A DNA stretch of 64,000 bases, from NCBI GenBank assembly GCA_964414295.1, contig CAYPVU010000010.1:6937-70936 (forward strand). Direction: 5' to 3'. Of the stretch, positions 55,865 through 64,000 are shown one piece after another (the stretch's first letter is position 1; the number at the start of each line of letters is the position of its first letter). The translations under genes were made by a program, and so were the position numbers. Origin of the DNA: an uncultured Candidatus Saccharibacteria bacterium. GTDB taxonomy: Bacteria > Patescibacteriota > Dojkabacteria > J137. The notes under the pieces were generated by a model that was not told the origin of the DNA, did not search any database, and was given only the letters and a program-made list of their open reading frames with translations.

Positions 55865-58459
55865 ATGGAAAAGAAAACATTTTTAATAATTGATTCTCAT
55901 GCACTTATACATAGAGCGTTTCACGCGTTCCCTCCGACGCTTTCTAATGCAAAGGGTGAACCTACAAATGCTGTCTATGGATTTGCGGGGCTTTTGTTAG
56001 ATGTATTATTAAAGTTTCAGCCAAGTAGGGTGGTAGCGGTTTTTGATTCTCACGGCCCAACAGTTAGAAGTACAGAGTTTCAGGGTTATAAAGCTAATAG
56101 AGCTGAAACAGATAGCTTGTTAATACCTCAATTCCCAATGGTTTATGAATTAATTCAAATGTTTGATATCCCAATGGTTATACAAGACGGTATCGAAGCA
56201 GATGATTTAATAGGTACTTTAGATGATAAATACTCTAATGATGTAATGCAGACAGTTATTGTTACTGGCGATAGGGATTTATTTCAGCTTGTAGACCAAG
56301 ATACATTTGTATATTTAGCAGGTTCAAAATTCTCTGAATCAAAACTTTATAATTCAGAAATGGTAAAAGAGAAGATGGGAGTAGGTCCTGAGTATATAAC
56401 AGATTTAAAAGGTTTAAGCGGAGATGCTTCAGATAATATTCCGGGTGTTAAAGGAATTGGTGCTAAAGGAGCTGCTGATTTAATAAATAAGTATGGAACT
56501 ATAGAAGAAATTTATACCAAAATAGATCAGGTAGAAAATAGATATAGACAAAAGTTAGTAGATGGTTATGAGGATGCTCAATTATCTAAAAGATTAGCAA
56601 CTATTTTTAAAGATATACCTATTAGCTTTAACTTAGATCATGCAGATTTTTCTACGGTAAATAAAGGAAAGATCACAAAGTTTTTTCAGGAAATGCAGTT
56701 TAGGTCTCTAATGCCTAGGCTAGATAAGTTTTTTGATATCTATGCCATTGAATCTAATGAATTAGATCTATTTTCTGAACCTAAGCAACAAAAACCTGTT
56801 GTTGAGATAGGTTTATGGAATTCTAGTATAGATCTAGAAGATGATTTGTATATATTAGCTAACATTAAGAATAAAGAATTAAGCCCAATAAACTGGAGTA
56901 TTGATAAATTGCTTCTATTAAGCAATGGAAATATATACAGGATAGAGGGGGAAGAGGTAGCAAGCTTTTTTGAACAAAATAGTAGGAAGCAGTTTATTAC
57001 TTTTGATAAAAAGTGGATTTTGCATTCATTGATAAATAACAAAAACAATAATTGGGTTAATTTAAAAATAAAGGATTTAGGAATTTATGCCTTTGCTCTT
57101 GCTGAAGGGCAAGTAAAATTTGACCTTACTAGTGTATTAAATTGGGCCAATATATATAGTGAGAATACAGATGAGTCTAAGCTTTTAGCTTTTAAAGAAT
57201 TAAATGAATTTATATATTTAAAGCAAGCAGAGCTTGATTTAAAACAAAAGTTAATAGATTTAGAAGATACCGTAATGTTAACTACGGTAGAAATGGAACA
57301 AAATGGTATCACAGTGAATGGAGATTCTTTAAGAAACTTTAATGAGATTCTTAGTAGTAAATTAGAAGAATTTAGAACTGGTATATATTTGAGCGCTGGC
57401 CATGAATTTAATATTAATTCCCCTAAACAAGTTTCGGATGTTTTATTTAAAGAAAAAGCTTTACCAGTAAATCGTAAAACAAAGGGTGGAGCGCTTAGTA
57501 CAAATGAGTCTACACTAAGGTCATTAATTGGTGTGGATCCTATTATAGAGCATTTATTGGCTTATAGAGAGGTAGATAAGTTATTAAATACATATGTTAA
57601 GGCTTTGCCAGAATATGTGGATAGGGATGGTAAAATTCACTCTGTTTTTGATCAGTTTGGTGCAGTAAGTGGGCGTTATTCTTCAAAGAATCCGAACCTT
57701 CAGAATATTCCATTTACAGAAGTGTACGGCGTAAACATTAGAAATGCGTTTGTTTCTTCTGAGGGTTATAAGTTAATCTCGTTTGACTATTCACAACAAG
57801 AGCTTAGGGTCTTAGCAGCCTTATCTGGAGAAGAGGTTATGGTTGATAGTTTTAATAACGGAGTTGATATTCATAAAATTACTGCTGCAGAGTTGTTTGG
57901 GGTAGAACTGGATAAGGTTGATTCTAGTCAAAGGCAAGTTGGGAAAACAGTTAACTTTTCGGTCATCTACGGAATCTCGGCATTCGGACTGTCCGAAAGA
58001 CTTGGTTTGAACAGGGCTACTGCCGATACATTTATAAAAAAATATTTTGAAAAATATTCAAAAGTAAGGATGTTTTTAGACGAGACTATTAATAAAGCAA
58101 AGGAGACGGGGTACAGTGAGACTATTCTAGGAAGACGTAGAATTAATAATATGATTAAATCTAATAACAGGGCTTTAAAGAATGCTGCAGAAAGAGAGTT
58201 GTTTAATTTTGTGATACAAGGTAGCGCTGCAGATATTATGAAGAGTTCTATGACGAAATTCCCTGATATTATTAAAAAATATAATGCAAAAATTCTGTTA
58301 CAAATACACGATGAATTTTTATTTGAATTTCCTGAAGAGAATTCTTATTTAGAAGATGCATTTGTAGAGGAGATTTGTACTGCTATGTCCAGTGCTTTAA
58401 ATTTAGGTGTTGAATATAAGGTAGAGGTTAATAAGGGAAATATTTGGGGAGAAATATAG
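55865..58459 (+). CDS. polA: DNA polymerase I
   Basis: 5'-3' exonuclease N-terminus (LIIDSHALIHRAFHAF, GDRDLFQL). Polymerase motifs A/B/C (RQVGKTVNFSVIYG; QIHDEFLFE). Confidence 0.9.
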   Translation: MEKKTFLIIDSHALIHRAFHAFPPTLSNAKGEPTNAVYGFAGLLLDVLLKFQPSRVVAVFDSHGPTVRSTEFQGYKANRAETDSLLIPQFPMVYELIQMFDIPMVIQDGIEADDLIGTLDDKYSNDVMQTVIVTGDRDLFQLVDQDTFVYLAGSKFSESKLYNSEMVKEKMGVGPEYITDLKGLSGDASDNIPGVKGIGAKGAADLINKYGTIEEIYTKIDQVENRYRQKLVDGYEDAQLSKRLATIFKDIPISFNLDHADFSTVNKGKITKFFQEMQFRSLMPRLDKFFDIYAIESNELDLFSEPKQQKPVVEIGLWNSSIDLEDDLYILANIKNKELSPINWSIDKLLLLSNGNIYRIEGEEVASFFEQNSRKQFITFDKKWILHSLINNKNNNWVNLKIKDLGIYAFALAEGQVKFDLTSVLNWANIYSENTDESKLLAFKELNEFIYLKQAELDLKQKLIDLEDTVMLTTVEMEQNGITVNGDSLRNFNEILSSKLEEFRTGIYLSAGHEFNINSPKQVSDVLFKEKALPVNRKTKGGALSTNESTLRSLIGVDPIIEHLLAYREVDKLLNTYVKALPEYVDRDGKIHSVFDQFGAVSGRYSSKNPNLQNIPFTEVYGVNIRNAFVSSEGYKLISFDYSQQELRVLAALSGEEVMVDSFNNGVDIHKITAAELFGVELDKVDSSQRQVGKTVNFSVIYGISAFGLSERLGLNRATADTFIKKYFEKYSKVRMFLDETINKAKETGYSETILGRRRINNMIKSNNRALKNAAERELFNFVIQGSAADIMKSSMTKFPDIIKKYNAKILLQIHDEFLFEFPEENSYLEDAFVEEICTAMSSALNLGVEYKVEVNKGNIWGEI

Positions 58460-58510
58460 TTTCAGTCTTGCCTTCAGTTTTTCTACATATTAATATTATG
58501 TAGTTAAATT

Positions 58511-59056
58511 TTGTCCGATTTTATGAAAAATTTCTTAAAATCTATATTCATTTTATTATCAATCTTTTCCGTAATTGGTATTGTTGTTCTTATATTTGTA
58601 TATATAAAAAGAAATATTAAGATTTTTACTGACTTATATAATGAGATTGAAGCTTCTTTTAGAGATGGCAAACTTGATAGTAAAGAGCAGGAGAAAGTTG
58701 TTGACGCTGCAAATGTTATTAAAGATGAGATTCAGAAGGATGTAAAAGATATTCAAAAAGATGTAAAGGAGGAGGAGGTGGTTATCCCGGTTAAAAAAGT
58801 AATAAAGAATTTTAGTAAGGATATTTCTAAGGTTAAAAGAAAAAATGCTGTTTTGTCTAAGGGTGGTTTGAATTCAAGGCAAGAGCAGATCTTTAATTAT
58901 ATAAAGTTGAATTCAGAAGTTAAAATGTCTTCTGTAAGTCAAATATTTAATAAAGTTACCCCAAGAACATTAAGGAGGGATTTTGAAAAACTCCAACAGT
59001 TGGGGCTTGTAAGACAAGAGGGTAAGACTAGAGATGCAGTGTATAAAATTATTTAA
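58511..59056 (+). CDS. Membrane-anchored protein with C-terminal winged-HTH (DeoR-like) domain
   Basis: N-terminal TM; C-terminal QEQIFNYIKLNSEVKMSSVSQIFNKVTPRTLRRDFEKLQQLGLV. Confidence 0.4.
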   Translation: MSDFMKNFLKSIFILLSIFSVIGIVVLIFVYIKRNIKIFTDLYNEIEASFRDGKLDSKEQEKVVDAANVIKDEIQKDVKDIQKDVKEEEVVIPVKKVIKNFSKDISKVKRKNAVLSKGGLNSRQEQIFNYIKLNSEVKMSSVSQIFNKVTPRTLRRDFEKLQQLGLVRQEGKTRDAVYKII

Positions 59057-59074
59057 ATTTCTTGCTAAAAATAC

Positions 59075-59103
59075 TTGCAAATATAAATTCTGGGGTGTAC
59101 AAT
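59075..59103 (+). promoter_or_regulatory. Candidate sigma70-type rRNA promoter
   Basis: TTGCAA, 17 bp spacer, then TACAAT, about 310 nt upstream of the 16S 5' end. Confidence 0.35.
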
Positions 59104-59411
59104 CTCAATACAAATTTTTTGCACCAGTACTAATCTTAAAACAAGCGTTTAAGAAGGCTGGTTTACCTCATAATAGAAATGGAATTTAAAATCTTTAAGC
59201 GGAGAGATTTCTTTGCGCTTTAGATTTTAGAGGTACGCACTTTGAATATTTAAAAGTGACAAGGTTTCTTTAATATTTCTTTGAAGTCAAGGTCTAAACT
59301 ACCAATCATTAAATTGATTTTATCCTACTTGCAGAAATGCAAAAGGATTTAATAAATCCTAAGTTCAAGTAATTGAACGACGGTCTTCCGCATCGTCAAG
59401 TGGAAGTATTT

Positions 59412-60921
59412 TTATGGAGAGTTTGATCCTGGCTCAGGGTTAACGCTAGCGACGTGCCTAAGGTATGCAAGTCGAACGGTGAAATTTTGGTAGCAATACT
59501 GAAATTTCATAGTGGCAAACGGCTGAGTAACGCGTGGGAATCTCCCCCTAAGTCTGATATAGCTCACCGAAAGGTGGGGTAATCTCAGATGGTCTCGTAA
59601 GAGTAAAGATTTTTCGCTTAGGGATGAGCCCGCGTCCTATCAGGTTGTTGGTGGGGTAATTGCCTACCAAGCCTATGACGGGTAGCTGGTCTGAGAGGAT
59701 GGCCAGCCAGACTGGGACTGCGATACGGCCCAGACTCCTACGGGAGGCAGCAACTAGGAATTATGCGCAATGGACGAAAGTCTGACGCTGCGACGTCGCG
59801 TGAAGGATGAAGGTCTTAGGATCGTAAACTTCTTTTATCTACGAACAAGTTCTGAGTGTAGTAGATGAATAAGTGCCTGCCAACCACGTGCCAGAAGCAT
59901 CGGTAATACGTGGGACACAAGCGTTACCCGGATTCACTGGGCGTAAAGAGATGCGTAGGCGACTAGAAAAGTTCTGTGTTAAATCCCAAGGCTCACCCTT
60001 GGAACCGCATAGAAAACTCTCTGGATTGAGTCATGTAGAGAATAGGGGAATTCCTGGTGGAGCGGTTAAATGCGTTGATATCAGGAGGAACACCAATGGC
60101 GAAAGCACCTATTTGGACATGTACTGACGCTAAGGCTCGAAAGTGTGGGGAGCAAAACGGATTAGATACCCGTGTAGTCCACACCGTAAACAATCCCTGT
60201 TAGATGTTCGGAATCTTGCTGAAATTTCTCTTCGGAGAAGGATAAGCATTTTCTGAGTGTCGCAGCTAACGCGTTAAACAGGGCGCCTGTGAAGTACGAC
60301 CGCAAGGTTAAAACACAAAGGAATTGACGGGGACCCGCACAAGCAGTGGAGTGCCTGGTTTAATTCGATGATCAGCGAAGAACCTCACCTGGGCTTGAAC
60401 TGTAGCTGCAAACCCTATGAAAATAGGGCTCTTTCGAAGGTGCTATAGAGGTGATGCATGGCTGTTGTCAGCTCGTGTCGTGAGATGTCGGGTTAAGTCC
60501 CACAACGAGCGCAACCCCTTTCAGATGTTACAATTACTTCTGATACTGCCCCGCCCAAACGGGGAGGAAGGAGGGGATGACATCCAGTCATCATGTCCCT
60601 TATGTCCAGGGCTACACAGACACTACAATGGCGATAACAATGGGTTGCCAAACCGCGAGGTGGAGCTAATCCCATCAAAGATCGTCTCAGTTCAGATTGC
60701 AGTCTGCAACTCGACTGTATGAAGGCGGAATTGCTAGTAATCGGACATCAGCATGGTCCGGTGAATACGTTCTCGGGTCTTGTACACACCGCCCGTCAGG
60801 GCATGGGAGTTGCTCATACTCGAAGTCTACGTTTATCGTGGCCGAAAGTTATGGGTGGCGACTGGGCTTAAGTCGTAACAAGGTAGCCGTAGGGGAATCT
60901 GCGGCTGGATTACCTCCTTTC
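59412..60921 (+). rRNA. rrs: 16S ribosomal RNA
   Basis: 5' GAGTTTGATCCTGGCTCAG. The 530 loop, 1390s region (GTACACACCGCCCGTCA) and anti-SD CCTCCTTTC are present. Universal 515F site altered to GTGCCAGAAGCATCGGTAA. Confidence 0.9.
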
Positions 60922-61050
60922 TAAGGAGTTAGTTCAAACATTATTGTTTGACATACCCATGATCTTGATACTCAAAGTAATTGAGATCCTTGTCACTTTT
61001 TAGTATTCAAAGTAAATTAACAAAACCAGTTTTAACTGGTAAAAGAACAT

Positions 61051-61127
61051 AGGCCAATAGCTCAGCTGGTTAGAGCATTCCTCTGATAAGGGAAAGGTCC
61101 ATGGTTCGAGTCCATGTTGGCCTACCA
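61051..61127 (+). tRNA. tRNA-Ile (GAU), in the rRNA spacer
   Basis: AGGCCAA/TTGGCCT acceptor, anticodon loop CTGATAA, CCA encoded. Confidence 0.9.
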
Positions 61128-61204
61128 TTATCAATAATATTAATTAGTAATTAAGAATTTAATTTGCTAAAATTTATAGCTTTAAATTCAACATTATTAA
61201 ATTA

Positions 61205-61282
61205 GGGGCCTTAGCATAGCTGGTTTATTGCGCCTCATTTGCAATGAGGAGGTCAAGGGTTCGAATCCCTTAGGCTCCACCA
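61205..61282 (+). tRNA. tRNA-Ala (UGC), in the rRNA spacer
   Basis: GGGGCCT/AGGCTCC acceptor with G3.U70, anticodon loop TTGCAAT, CCA encoded. Confidence 0.9.
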
Positions 61283-61385
61283 TTTTGTTGATTGATTAAA
61301 GTCTATAGGATTTTAATTAGCCAACAAAGTTTGGTTAATAAACTTTGTTCTTTAAAAACTGAATAGAAAGATATAACAGATTTTA

Positions 61386-64000
<2,615 letters not shown>

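Overview
This is a 64-kb AT-rich bacterial chromosomal segment (about one-third G+C by eye outside the rRNA operon, standard code, TAA stops predominant). It is mostly tightly packed housekeeping genes, listed here in map order. Division, transcription and RNA turnover genes are ftsA (5'-truncated), ftsZ, a NUDIX hydrolase, a sortase, rpoD and RNase Y. Segregation and translation genes are parB, parA, lepB, ileS and fmt. DNA repair, envelope and competence genes are lexA, a DsbB/BdbC-like protein, mltG, ruvX and comFC. Next come a tmRNA (ssrA) with a canonical-looking tag reading frame, yidC and rplY. Chaperones and proteases are groES, groEL, a Clp/Hsp100 ATPase, smpB and ftsH; polA follows. 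The window ends in an rRNA operon: 16S, tRNA-Ile(GAU), tRNA-Ala(UGC) and a partial 23S. The 16S universal 515F/530-loop site is mutated, which suggests a CPR/Patescibacteria-like lineage. Other tRNAs are Asn(GUU), an initiator-type Met(CAU), a second Met(CAU), and an unusual tRNA-Ile with a UAU anticodon. The most notable non-housekeeping feature is a co-directional operon at 37.5-43.5 kb. It encodes six paralogous, Sec-secreted, two-helix mini-proteins with VirB2/TrbC-pilin-like architecture; predicted signal-peptide cleavage leaves an N-terminal Gln, and each carries a conserved S/R-x-G-D/N-P loop. The operon continues with coiled-coil and PH-like membrane proteins. Downstream lie a large membrane beta-propeller-like protein, a membrane-anchored FtsK/HerA/VirB4-superfamily ATPase and a polytopic membrane protein. 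Together these make a candidate pilus or type-IV-secretion-like apparatus with no canonical type IV prepilin signatures. Further oddities are a HEPN-nucleotidyltransferase fusion, a Lon-like AAA+ protein lacking a protease domain, a second FtsA/PilM-like actin ATPase paired with a 702-aa bitopic protein, a membrane-anchored Clp ATPase, and a candidate LexA operator (TGGTATACCA) repeated in front of lexA. A small secreted-protein cluster at 6-8.8 kb includes an M23 peptidase. No CRISPR array or prophage body is evident.
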